The position numbers and the translations under genes were made by a program. Positions 26,760 through 34,969 of a stretch of DNA of 51,250 bases are shown piece by piece. A model generated the notes under the pieces. It saw nothing but the letters and a program-made list of their open reading frames with translations. It was not told the origin of the DNA and made no database searches. Position 1 is the first letter of the stretch; every line of letters starts with the position of its first letter. The stretch lies in sequence record DRR723986_9652. The stretch is one strand, 5' to 3'.

Positions 26760-28274
26760 ATGAGTAACTCTTGGAGTCACGGATACTATGCAGATGAAGG
26801 CTACGAATATGGATATCACACCGAAACATCCCCGTCTTATCTCCAATGGATGTGCACCCTTCAGGGAATAGATGCGCCCAAAGACAACTTCACCTATCTG
26901 GATCTGGGTTGTGGACAGGGATTAAGTTTGATCTTTCATGCGGCACTTCATCCTGACAGTCAGTTTATCGGCGTTGACTTCATGCCAAGGCACATTGCAC
27001 ATGCCAGATCCCTCGCCAAACGTCTGGCCCTGCGCAACATCACCTTCATCGAAGCCGACTTCCTTGATCTGGCAAAATGGCCCGACAAGATTGGCGAAGT
27101 TGATTATGCAGTGGCACATGGAATCAGCACCTGGGTTTCAAAAGAAGTGCGAAAAGGAATGTGGAGCCTGGTTTCAAAAGTTCTCAAACCCGGCGGCATC
27201 GTCTACAACAGTTACAACACCTACCCGGGCTGGCATTCTGCCTCGCCGTTTCAACATCTGGTCATTCAACTGAACAACCACATGCGAGGCAAAGCAGCCA
27301 TCGACCTCGCAATCAGAAAAATGAGCGCATTAAAAGACGCCAATGCCGTGTTGTTTGAAATGCTGCCTTCCCTTGACATGAGAATAGATGGCATGTCGCG
27401 CTCGGATCCAGCCTATCTTGTTCAGGAGTACAACAACACCGCATGGCAGCCGCTGTATGTTGCGGAAATACTCCAGGAAATCAGCGAATATAAGCTGGAT
27501 TACTTTGGTACCGCCAACGTGGTTCAACTGTTCGACGCCTCTTACCCTCCCTCTCTACTTGAGGTGATCAACCAGGAATCCAGTTTGCACATGCGGGAGA
27601 CCATTCGGGACTTCGCCATCGGCCAGTCATTCAGACGCGACCTTTATGCAAAAGGGTCATTGGAATTGGGCAAGGCTTTGCAAATCAACCGATTAGGGGA
27701 GCAAGCCTTGATCAGCACCCAAACTGAACTGATTGACAATGAGAACTTGGTTGAAATGGTGTATGAAAACCTGACCGTCACATTCGATAAAGCAACGCTG
27801 CAGGGAGTGATTGATGCCTTTGGTGAAAAGGGTGCAACTGTGAATGATGTACAAAAAGTGTTGCCCCAATTCAGCGTTCGGGAAGTTGCAGAAATCGCAA
27901 CCTATTTGATTCATAATGGCAAGCTCGGTATCAGGACCGGGTATTGCGTGGACAAGTTAAAGAAAATAAATCATGAACTGGCGAACGCTCATCTGGATGG
28001 AGCTCCCTACAACTACTTGGCATTTGGGAAAACCAATCGGGTAATTCGCCTGAGAAATGCAGACATGATGTTGCTTTCACATCACTTACAAGGTGTGCAA
28101 AATCAAGATCTGTACAAAAAATTGCAAGAAACAATGACGATTCTAAACAAACGATTTTGCATAGAGGGTCGTGAAATTACAAACCCGCAAGAGTCGCTGG
28201 AGCAAGCCAAGCTGCATGCCAATCACTTTCTGGATGTTGTTCTTCCCGCACTTGTTTCGCAAGAAGTAATCTGA
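26760..28274 (+). CDS. Class I SAM methyltransferase with methyltransferase regulatory domain
   Basis: YLDLGCGQG; FIGVDF; AHGISTWV; LKPGGIVYNSYNTYPGW; YLVQEY...WQPLY; QSFRRDLY. Confidence 0.88.
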   Translation: MSNSWSHGYYADEGYEYGYHTETSPSYLQWMCTLQGIDAPKDNFTYLDLGCGQGLSLIFHAALHPDSQFIGVDFMPRHIAHARSLAKRLALRNITFIEADFLDLAKWPDKIGEVDYAVAHGISTWVSKEVRKGMWSLVSKVLKPGGIVYNSYNTYPGWHSASPFQHLVIQLNNHMRGKAAIDLAIRKMSALKDANAVLFEMLPSLDMRIDGMSRSDPAYLVQEYNNTAWQPLYVAEILQEISEYKLDYFGTANVVQLFDASYPPSLLEVINQESSLHMRETIRDFAIGQSFRRDLYAKGSLELGKALQINRLGEQALISTQTELIDNENLVEMVYENLTVTFDKATLQGVIDAFGEKGATVNDVQKVLPQFSVREVAEIATYLIHNGKLGIRTGYCVDKLKKINHELANAHLDGAPYNYLAFGKTNRVIRLRNADMMLLSHHLQGVQNQDLYKKLQETMTILNKRFCIEGREITNPQESLEQAKLHANHFLDVVLPALVSQEVI

Positions 28275-28340
28275 AAAATTCCGCACCAACCAACAGCGAT
28301 TTGTAAAAGCAAGGTTGGTGAGGTCAATGGTCTGCATAAC

Positions 28341-28374
28341 GAAAAACCCGCGTTAGGTTTAACGCGGGTTTTTC
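28341..28374. terminator. Bidirectional intrinsic terminator
   Basis: GAAAAACCCGCGTTA-GGTT-TAACGCGGGTTTTTC. Confidence 0.92.
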
Positions 28375-28401
28375 TAAAAATATGTCCTGACCATTTAGAT
28401 C

Positions 28402-29112
28402 TTACCGGTCGTACAAATTTTTCAACAAGGCGGGCATGGTGGCTTCAAAAAAGTTGGAACGCTTTTTGTTGCTTGACTCAAGCTGAGCAGAAAGCACATC
28501 TTGTTTAAACTCGCTGGGTACAATTTTGTCTTCAAGTTGTGCCATAAACTGCAACACTTTGTTTGCGTCCTGCTTGGAAATCGAGATCGATTTCTGTCCA
28601 TTGTTGTATGCATCAAGCATGCGCTGAACAATCTCGCCACCAGTCACATCACTCAAAACGAAGCCTGCTTTTTCAAGCAAAGCCTTCGTTTTCTCAAACA
28701 CTTTTACTTCGATAGGGCCGAGTTTGTAGTCACCCTTTTCAGAGCTGAAACCCTGCATGGCAGCCTTTATTGAATTTACCCCACGCTCGAAATCGCTAAA
28801 CCATTTCATGACCGCATCAGCGTAATCCACATCGTAATCAAACAGTATGCCGCCGATCTCAGCCATCAAATGTGCATATCTGGCAGAGTCGCCAGCGATG
28901 ATTGCTGCATAGGCCGAATCAATAAGACCTGGTTGAGATTCGAAAACTGGCAAACCCTCCGGCCCCTGCTCCTCAATCAACTCGGGATCAAACGGAGGCT
29001 TTGGAGGTGGATCCGAGCGAGGAGGGGGATCAGGACGCGGAGGCCTGCCTCCCCTGCCTGGACCACCATACAACCCTGACATGTAAACATATCGACGATG
29101 TAAAGCAAACAT
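28402..29112 (-). CDS. Proline-rich candidate T3SS effector
   Basis: Start reassigned to MFALH (GGAGG RBS); RPPRPDPPPRSDPPPKPPFDP; last gene of the translocon operon. Confidence 0.55.
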   Translation of the reverse strand: MFALHRRYVYMSGLYGGPGRGGRPPRPDPPPRSDPPPKPPFDPELIEEQGPEGLPVFESQPGLIDSAYAAIIAGDSARYAHLMAEIGGILFDYDVDYADAVMKWFSDFERGVNSIKAAMQGFSSEKGDYKLGPIEVKVFEKTKALLEKAGFVLSDVTGGEIVQRMLDAYNNGQKSISISKQDANKVLQFMAQLEDKIVPSEFKQDVLSAQLESSNKKRSNFFEATMPALLKNLYDR

Positions 29113-29125
29113 AATCGTCCTCCGA

Positions 29126-29719
29126 TTAAGTACGGGCGCCAGAGAGTGTGGCGCTGGCCGAATCATTGACATGACTGATTTCAGTCGTGAGTGCCTGGTA
29201 ATTCTGCTCGAAGAGATCCGCAAAGGCCTGAAACTCAGCAGCATCAACGCCCAAAGCCGCCTCTCCAACCTCACCAGCAGATTTGAACACCTGCAATATG
29301 CCACCGCCGACCACGCCTGACATGTTTTCCATGACAGGCTCAGCCTTTCCTCGACCAGCCATGGAGAAACCCGCGACAAACCCCAAACCTGCGCCGGCAG
29401 CTGTCATGGTGAGTGCCACGATGGCACCATTCAATTTTTCATTGGCAGACTTGATCTTGAATTCGAAAGCACTTGTCTGAGTGTCAATACGGTGTAACTC
29501 AAGTTTCAACCCCTTTTCTCTTGCACTTTCAAAAAGAGCAATGAACATTGCGTTTTCGGGACTGGAGAGAAAACCAATCGCCTTTGCATCCCGATAGGAA
29601 ATAACTCCAGCATCAATATACTTTTGCACCGTAGGAGGCACTGGCCCATTAGGTATGTCGTCCTCTTCATCAAGCGTAATCAGGCCAGAACCTGAGCTTT
29701 CACCAACACTGGAAACCAT
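29126..29719 (-). CDS. Candidate minor translocator (SctB-like)
   Basis: Ser/Gly-rich N-terminus; single Gly/Ala hydrophobic helix IVALTMTAAGAGLGFVAGF; directly follows the SctE-like gene. Confidence 0.55.
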   Translation of the reverse strand: MVSSVGESSGSGLITLDEEDDIPNGPVPPTVQKYIDAGVISYRDAKAIGFLSSPENAMFIALFESAREKGLKLELHRIDTQTSAFEFKIKSANEKLNGAIVALTMTAAGAGLGFVAGFSMAGRGKAEPVMENMSGVVGGGILQVFKSAGEVGEAALGVDAAEFQAFADLFEQNYQALTTEISHVNDSASATLSGART

Positions 29720-29732
29720 AATATTTCCTCCT

Positions 29733-30713
29733 TTAAACCAAGTTCATTTGTTCGATTTGCTTCACGTAATCGCTGATCAATTTCTTGAATGAGATCGCAT
29801 CTTCTCTGGAGAGATCCAGACCTTGAGTAACCAAATCAATAAATGCCATCAATTTGTCAATTGAAACTTGCGATGTTGACACCTGGTACTTGAGCACCCC
29901 GTTGGTCAACTCACCTGCATTCATACCAGCCAATGAAGTCATGTCCGCGGCAAAAACAATCTTGCGCATGTTCTCGGTGACAAAGTTTTTGAGAGCCAAC
30001 AAGAAATCATCAATGGCCTTTGCAGACACATCCACAGCTTTGACAACCGCACCCGACACGCCAGCACCTTGACCCGCAGCCACGTTTGCAGCGCTGGTTC
30101 CGCGGAGCATCTGTACAAATTTGCTACCGACATCTGCCATTACTCGACCCAATGCTGCCGCACCCATGGCAGTGAGCACCATGATTGCAACCACAACCAC
30201 CGCCATGATGATTGCCGCTGCCCACACAGGAAGGCCCATATCTTTCAGAACATTAAATATCTCTTTGAATGCCTGACCAACCAGGGACTCGTTGCCTGTC
30301 GCATTGGCAATCATGGGCTCCAGAAACATCGCAACCGCAATAACCAACATGGCCACAGCAAAGGGAGTTGGATTAATCAACACCATGATGGCAGACAGGA
30401 TGAGGGCAAAAACACCCAAAATCTTCAGAAATATTTTCAAGCCCTTCATCCGCTCTTGCTTTTTCAGCTGCTCCAGATTCTTCTCCAGAACCTCCATCAT
30501 GTAGGCGGCTTTGTTTTTGTCGCCGTCTGAAAGGACTTCAAAAAAGTTTTTCATGGCCTCCCTGTTGTTCTCCATCATCCAGAGCATGATGCGAAGAATT
30601 TTGGCTGCATACTCCTCGGAGCCAGCCTCGCCTGTTGCTCCCACTTCATCAGTGGAATCAATTGAACCATCAAACTCCAAACCTGAAGAACCAACCCCAG
30701 CAGTTGCTGTCAT
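29733..30713 (-). CDS. sctE: Candidate major hydrophobic translocator (SctE; YopB/SseC-like)
   Basis: Coiled coil EKNLEQLKKQERMK followed by long hydrophobic segments (KILGVFALILSAIMVL...; AAAIIMAVVVVAIMVL). Confidence 0.65.
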   Translation of the reverse strand: MTATAGVGSSGLEFDGSIDSTDEVGATGEAGSEEYAAKILRIMLWMMENNREAMKNFFEVLSDGDKNKAAYMMEVLEKNLEQLKKQERMKGLKIFLKILGVFALILSAIMVLINPTPFAVAMLVIAVAMFLEPMIANATGNESLVGQAFKEIFNVLKDMGLPVWAAAIIMAVVVVAIMVLTAMGAAALGRVMADVGSKFVQMLRGTSAANVAAGQGAGVSGAVVKAVDVSAKAIDDFLLALKNFVTENMRKIVFAADMTSLAGMNAGELTNGVLKYQVSTSQVSIDKLMAFIDLVTQGLDLSREDAISFKKLISDYVKQIEQMNLV

Positions 30714-30723
30714 TCGAATCTCC

Positions 30724-31833
30724 TTAGCCGCGCACGGCGTCTGTACTCACCTGAGCAAGCATTGAAATCAATGTTTGGGCAATGCGGTTGATTACGCCAA
30801 GCCGGTCGCGTGCCTCAGAGGCCATAGATTCAAAACGCGACTTGTTGGAATCGTCTTTGTTCGCTGCAGCCAGCGTGGCCATGTCGGTGTAAAACACGTC
30901 GTCAGCCTTGGCCACATCGGCAAAGTAATCGGTTCCAATTCTTACCCTGTCCATCGGACTAACATCACCGTCCAACGCAGTGGCTGCTTTGGTTGCAATT
31001 TCCGAACGGGCGTTAAAGTAACCAAGCAGCGGATCTTCAGCAATTTTTATGTCAATTTCTTCGGCACTTAACCCTTGTTCGGCATAAAGTTCCCGAAGTT
31101 CCGCCTCGCGTCGTGTAGCAAGTTCTTTGAACAAATCGGCTTCAGCTCTCAACGTTGTTGGGTCCAAAGCCTTCAAATCAGCAAAGTTGATTTTTTCCAG
31201 GTCTTCCATATTCATCGTGCCAAGGCTGCCCTCGGAATACTTCAGCTTGTCGGCAACATCCGTCAGATAGCTGACCCTATTCAAATGCATGGTCCGCTCG
31301 CTACTACCCTCCGCGTACGAATCTGCCATTTGCTGTTCATGGGCCGCAGTAAACCTCAGTCTGCTTTCCAAACTCAGATTAGGGTTTGCAGTTAAAGCTG
31401 CATGCTTCTGCGCCAGTGGGGAGCCTTCCGTAGTAACCCCAAACTCCTTGAGATCGCTTAGCAACTCGCCCAAAGCATTTGGATCTTTCTGTGAGGCACT
31501 CATGCACACATCCAAACGTGCTTGCAGATCATTGATCTGAGCACTTACTTTCTTTAATTGTGCCGGCGTGATTGCGCCAACCTGTCCCAGAAACTGAACC
31601 TTCAACTCGAGCAAGCGAAGCTGTTGGCCCGGGGAAATATTTCCGGAATTTTGAAGTGACTCCAAGCGTTCAATTTCATCAAGCGTTGCTTGCTGTGAAT
31701 CCGACCAACCTTGAGCAGGTGGGGTTTGAGTGGCGTTATCGAAAGAAGTGTCGATATCTTCTGCCAAGGGATTGTCCGAATCAGCACCCAAAGGACTGGG
31801 CTGAGAATCCGGGGGTGTATTCGGTATTGCCAT
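30724..31833 (-). CDS. Hydrophilic secreted protein, candidate tip/filament (SctA-like)
   Basis: Pro/Ser/Asp-rich N-terminus, helical acidic body, amphipathic C-terminus; position before the translocators. Confidence 0.45.
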   Translation of the reverse strand: MAIPNTPPDSQPSPLGADSDNPLAEDIDTSFDNATQTPPAQGWSDSQQATLDEIERLESLQNSGNISPGQQLRLLELKVQFLGQVGAITPAQLKKVSAQINDLQARLDVCMSASQKDPNALGELLSDLKEFGVTTEGSPLAQKHAALTANPNLSLESRLRFTAAHEQQMADSYAEGSSERTMHLNRVSYLTDVADKLKYSEGSLGTMNMEDLEKINFADLKALDPTTLRAEADLFKELATRREAELRELYAEQGLSAEEIDIKIAEDPLLGYFNARSEIATKAATALDGDVSPMDRVRIGTDYFADVAKADDVFYTDMATLAAANKDDSNKSRFESMASEARDRLGVINRIAQTLISMLAQVSTDAVRG

Positions 31834-31857
31834 GATTTATTCTCACAAAAATCGAAT

Positions 31858-31886
31858 AAAAAAACGCCCCGCAGTGATTCGGGGCG
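31858..31886 (-). terminator. Intrinsic terminator/attenuator after the pilin-like gene
   Basis: CGCCCCG-N8-CGGGGCG followed by T7 on the minus strand. Confidence 0.85.
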
Positions 31887-31898
31887 CTGCGAGTGTAA

Positions 31899-32117
31899 TT
31901 ACTTGTTGCCAGCCTGCTGCGCGCCTTGATTAAAGCTTGAGTTGGTTGCTGCAACGGAACCCACGGTGATCACAGTCTCCGTCATAATGCCTTGTGCCTT
32001 GAATGCGCCGGCCAGCGTACCTTTCTTTGCAGATTTCACGGCCGCCTTGGCCCCGCCAGCCAAAACCGCGTCTGCTGTTTTACCAAAGCCTGCACTTGAT
32101 GCAATGATGTAAGCCAT
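31899..32117 (-). CDS. Small Ala/Gly-rich protein, candidate Hrp-pilin-like subunit
   Basis: 72 aa, GGAG RBS, followed by a hairpin; assignment by composition and context only. Confidence 0.45.
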   Translation of the reverse strand: MAYIIASSAGFGKTADAVLAGGAKAAVKSAKKGTLAGAFKAQGIMTETVITVGSVAATNSSFNQGAQQAGNK

Positions 32118-32153
32118 AACTTTCTCCAGAAAATAATTAAAAATGACCTTGGA

Positions 32154-32351
32154 TCAACTACCTTGAGTGGATTGAAACGCCTGATTCACTTGCTCGTCGG
32201 TCAGCACCTTCATGCCGATAAACTGAGCCTGAAACAATCGATCTTTCGCCCAGTCGGGCAGGTCATCCCAACTCTCAATTCTTCCACCTTCCCCCCCATC
32301 GGCAGTAACTGCTGCAGGGGTTGCTCCCACGCCTTCAGCTGGCATTTTCAC
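32154..32351 (-). CDS. Small T3SS-associated hypothetical protein
   Basis: 65 aa, GGGAGG upstream, tightly spaced in the operon. Confidence 0.55.
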   Translation of the reverse strand: MKMPAEGVGATPAAVTADGGEGGRIESWDDLPDWAKDRLFQAQFIGMKVLTDEQVNQAFQSTQGS

Positions 32352-32357
32352 CTCCCT

Positions 32358-32576
32358 TCACTTGTTGACAATACTCTTCAAAGGCTCAGAAACATCCTTC
32401 ACCAAATTGGCTGCCTGGTTCCACAACACAGACATGACCGTGGTCTCCGCCTGCAACATGAAAACGTCTTGCATATTTCCACCAAAGTTAGGATCCCCGA
32501 TACGCTCGATGATCCGCTGCATTCTTCCATCAGCCAGTTTGGCCACTGCTTGCGAGGGTCCGTAGATAGTCGACAT
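32358..32576 (-). CDS. sctF: Needle subunit-like protein (SctF/EscF/YscF family)
   Basis: 72 aa; DP...LQAE...SVLWNQAANLVKDVSEPLKSIVNK resembles the needle C-terminal pattern. Confidence 0.65.
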   Translation of the reverse strand: MSTIYGPSQAVAKLADGRMQRIIERIGDPNFGGNMQDVFMLQAETTVMSVLWNQAANLVKDVSEPLKSIVNK

Positions 32577-32581
32577 AATTG

Positions 32582-32926
32582 TTATTGCTGCTTGTAAATT
32601 TGTTCAAAAGACTCGGAGAGTTTTCCACCCACCTTCCCACTCAACTGAAGTTCAACAGAATGCATGGCACTCACATGAGACGCTTCAATCAACTTAACCA
32701 GTTCATCACTCCGATCAAACTTACGCATTTCTTTTGTAACGTCCACTCGGCTTTGTTGGTGAGCGTCTTCTGCCTTTTGAACCAGGGTTGTCAGTACATT
32801 ACTTTGTGATGTACTTTCCGACTCCACCAACTTCTGAAAAATTTTTCCATTCTCAAGGCTGAAACTATTGGGGCCCTTGCCTCCAGTTCCAGATACCAGT
32901 CCTGTCATTGCGCTCAATTCTTGCAT
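32582..32926 (-). CDS. sctI: Inner rod-like protein (SctI/YscI/EscI family)
   Basis: 114 aa; C-terminal SVELQLSGKVGGKLSESFEQIYKQQ. Confidence 0.65.
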   Translation of the reverse strand: MQELSAMTGLVSGTGGKGPNSFSLENGKIFQKLVESESTSQSNVLTTLVQKAEDAHQQSRVDVTKEMRKFDRSDELVKLIEASHVSAMHSVELQLSGKVGGKLSESFEQIYKQQ

Positions 32927-33426
32927 GTGATTTGCACCTCAAAATTTTTGCCGAACTGCTGACCCAATCTACTTGCCACGAGCTTCTGGAGAATCGAGAT
33001 ATGCTGAACTGGCAGCGGTTGCTCTACAACCACATGCAACAACACAACATTTGAACTCAGTTTTACTTCGACTTTGGCAGATCCAAAATCATCGGACTTG
33101 ATGTAAAACTGCTCTTCCAACTCCACATTTTTTTTATTGCCTTCCTGTTTATTAAGTGAAGAATTGGAGTTCAAAGTTCCCTCAAAATCAGTACTTTGAG
33201 AAACTGCCTGTTCATCCAACAACATTGAGAAAAATGTATTCTCAAGATCATGTTTCTCAACCATCGATTTCTGTCCTGTGCCTGCTTTTGAGATTCCATT
33301 TTTCGAGAACTCAGGCTTAAGCATCCGCTCACTCCACTCGATTCCCTGTTCTCTTCGTGTTTGTCTGTTTCGATTGAGATCTGGTGATGCTGAAGCAGGT
33401 GAGGTTTCACTAAACACTTTAATCAT
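32914..33426 (-). CDS. Candidate length-control protein (SctP/HrpP-like)
   Basis: Disordered N-terminus plus C-terminal FGSAKVEVKL...LLHVVVE...LGQQFGKNFEVQI (T3S4-like). Confidence 0.5.
   Translation of the reverse strand: MIKVFSETSPASASPDLNRNRQTRREQGIEWSERMLKPEFSKNGISKAGTGQKSMVEKHDLENTFFSMLLDEQAVSQSTDFEGTLNSNSSLNKQEGNKKNVELEEQFYIKSDDFGSAKVEVKLSSNVVLLHVVVEQPLPVQHISILQKLVASRLGQQFGKNFEVQITCKN
33153..33180 (-). promoter_or_regulatory. Internal hrp-box-like promoter for rod/needle/pilin genes
   Basis: GGAACT-N15-TCACTTA, 226 nt upstream of the sctI-like start; same -35/-10 as the 39287 box. Confidence 0.55.
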
Positions 33427-33772
33427 CCAGATTCCCCAATTTAAGTTCTTGTAAAAACCGGCTCAGAAACTCGGTGTGCATTGACGTATTGACCAACTCC
33501 CAACCCGAGTCAACAGTCACCCGGCATCCACAGCATGGCTCTAGAAACGCCTCCAGTTGATAACCGCGGCCTAGCGGCTTCTGGCGATTAATTCTCTCGA
33601 TGCCTCGAACGAAACTGGTGCGATCCAATGTCAAAGATTCCGAGACCATGAACAGTTGTTGACCGCTTACGATTCCATTCACTCTTTCAGTACCCAACAT
33701 CCAGGAGTCGATCTGGGCAAGTTCGACAATGTCATCAGTACCAATCTCCGGATCATTTTTTTGAAGCATCAC
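33419..33772 (-). CDS. T3SS-associated small protein (possible chaperone)
   Basis: 117 aa, overlaps both neighbours; function by position only. Confidence 0.45.
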   Translation of the reverse strand: MMLQKNDPEIGTDDIVELAQIDSWMLGTERVNGIVSGQQLFMVSESLTLDRTSFVRGIERINRQKPLGRGYQLEAFLEPCCGCRVTVDSGWELVNTSMHTEFLSRFLQELKLGNLDD

Positions 33773-34968
33773 TTCACCTCTGCATCAGCTGCCTTAGTGT
33801 GATAGCTGCTTTTAAGTGCAGAATTAATTTGCAGCACCAATTGGGAAAATGTTTTCTCGTTCTGTCTACCCAGAAAAATCATTCCTCGCTGAATAAATCC
33901 TCGAAGATTCATGCAATAAATTTGGGTTCCTTTTACCACCGGACTCATCGACTCAAACAGCCTGCTCAGCTTGTTGGCCGATCCCACACCGGTAGATCCG
34001 GATAAACCAACCAGTTCCAGCAGTACCTTTGCCGATTCGGGTACTTTCTCAACACCGGCTTTGAGGCAAACGGTTTTGATCCGATCCAGGTCAGCAACGC
34101 TGGTGCTGATCAGATCAATCTGTCGAATTCGTGACTGAATGAAGTGCTGACGTTGGGCAGTTAGCTCCAGCGGATACTGCGTGCGCTCCCGATCTGACAA
34201 CAGCAACCACTGCTCCCTGAGAACCTTCAGTTTCACCAAAAGACGATTTGGATCGCTGGCAATGAGGCGCGAGAGAAACCCGTAGATCTCCAGAGAGCCC
34301 AGGTCTTCATTTTTAGTCAGCATTCTGTTTGCAGCCATCAACTGCCGATGGCCAATTTTCAATGGCCCCGATGCCATGGTGGTTACTGCCATCGTGATGA
34401 GAAAATCATCTAACGATTGATTGTGTGCGGCAAGAATCTGATCTCGTTTTGTCTTGATCTGCGAAAGGGTTTCAGGGCCAATCGCGTAGCGCTCCGCATC
34501 AAGCAAAGTGATTTGCAGCAGCAGAAATTTAAGGGCTGTTTTTTGATCGGGCGATACCGTACCCAGTTCATCAATAATACTGGTGGTGTGCTGCTCAGTA
34601 GCAGCAATCAAGGAATGGATACAAAGCTCAAGAAACTTTTCGTCACCCGTGGTCAACGACTTGAATTGATCCCTGAACTTTCTGGTTAATTTTTCATCAT
34701 CAAGTTCACGTCCTTTCAGGGAGAAAGACGCGGCCTGTTCTGCACTCGATATCTGCAATTCAGCAACCGGACGAATTGCACTGGCATGCAAGGCTGCGCC
34801 AGATGGCATCGATTCATTCAGCTTTGCCTGGTGTTTAACCGACTTGGACTGGATTGCCTGCTTTAACAGATGCCGTAGAGCCCCGCTTCGCTGCGCCTCG
34901 GCGGCATCGACCAGTGGATTGGATTGCCCCTGAGGCAAAGGCCTGATGTGACCAATGTCTACGCTCAT
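33769..34968 (-). CDS. Candidate gatekeeper (SctW/HrpJ-like)
   Basis: 399-aa helical Leu-rich protein with low-complexity N-terminus; size fits and no other SctW is seen; weak motif support. Confidence 0.4.
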   Translation of the reverse strand: MSVDIGHIRPLPQGQSNPLVDAAEAQRSGALRHLLKQAIQSKSVKHQAKLNESMPSGAALHASAIRPVAELQISSAEQAASFSLKGRELDDEKLTRKFRDQFKSLTTGDEKFLELCIHSLIAATEQHTTSIIDELGTVSPDQKTALKFLLLQITLLDAERYAIGPETLSQIKTKRDQILAAHNQSLDDFLITMAVTTMASGPLKIGHRQLMAANRMLTKNEDLGSLEIYGFLSRLIASDPNRLLVKLKVLREQWLLLSDRERTQYPLELTAQRQHFIQSRIRQIDLISTSVADLDRIKTVCLKAGVEKVPESAKVLLELVGLSGSTGVGSANKLSRLFESMSPVVKGTQIYCMNLRGFIQRGMIFLGRQNEKTFSQLVLQINSALKSSYHTKAADAEVK

Positions 34969-34969
34969 T

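Noticed and set aside
26577-26846. Extended N-terminus of the ZorA-like ORF in the track (likewise extensions to 5043, 8151, 12605, 22828 and 29379)
   Set aside because: These extensions overlap neighbouring genes or promoters; downstream starts fit RBS position, gene overlaps or family N-termini better.
32164-32192. CCACTCA upstream of the pilin-like gene as an hrp box
   Set aside because: Good -10 but no GGAAC at 15-16 nt spacing.
32395-32422. GGAACC inside the needle-like gene (similar hits near 30931, 35644 and 36044)
   Set aside because: No CACNNA -10 element at the proper spacing.
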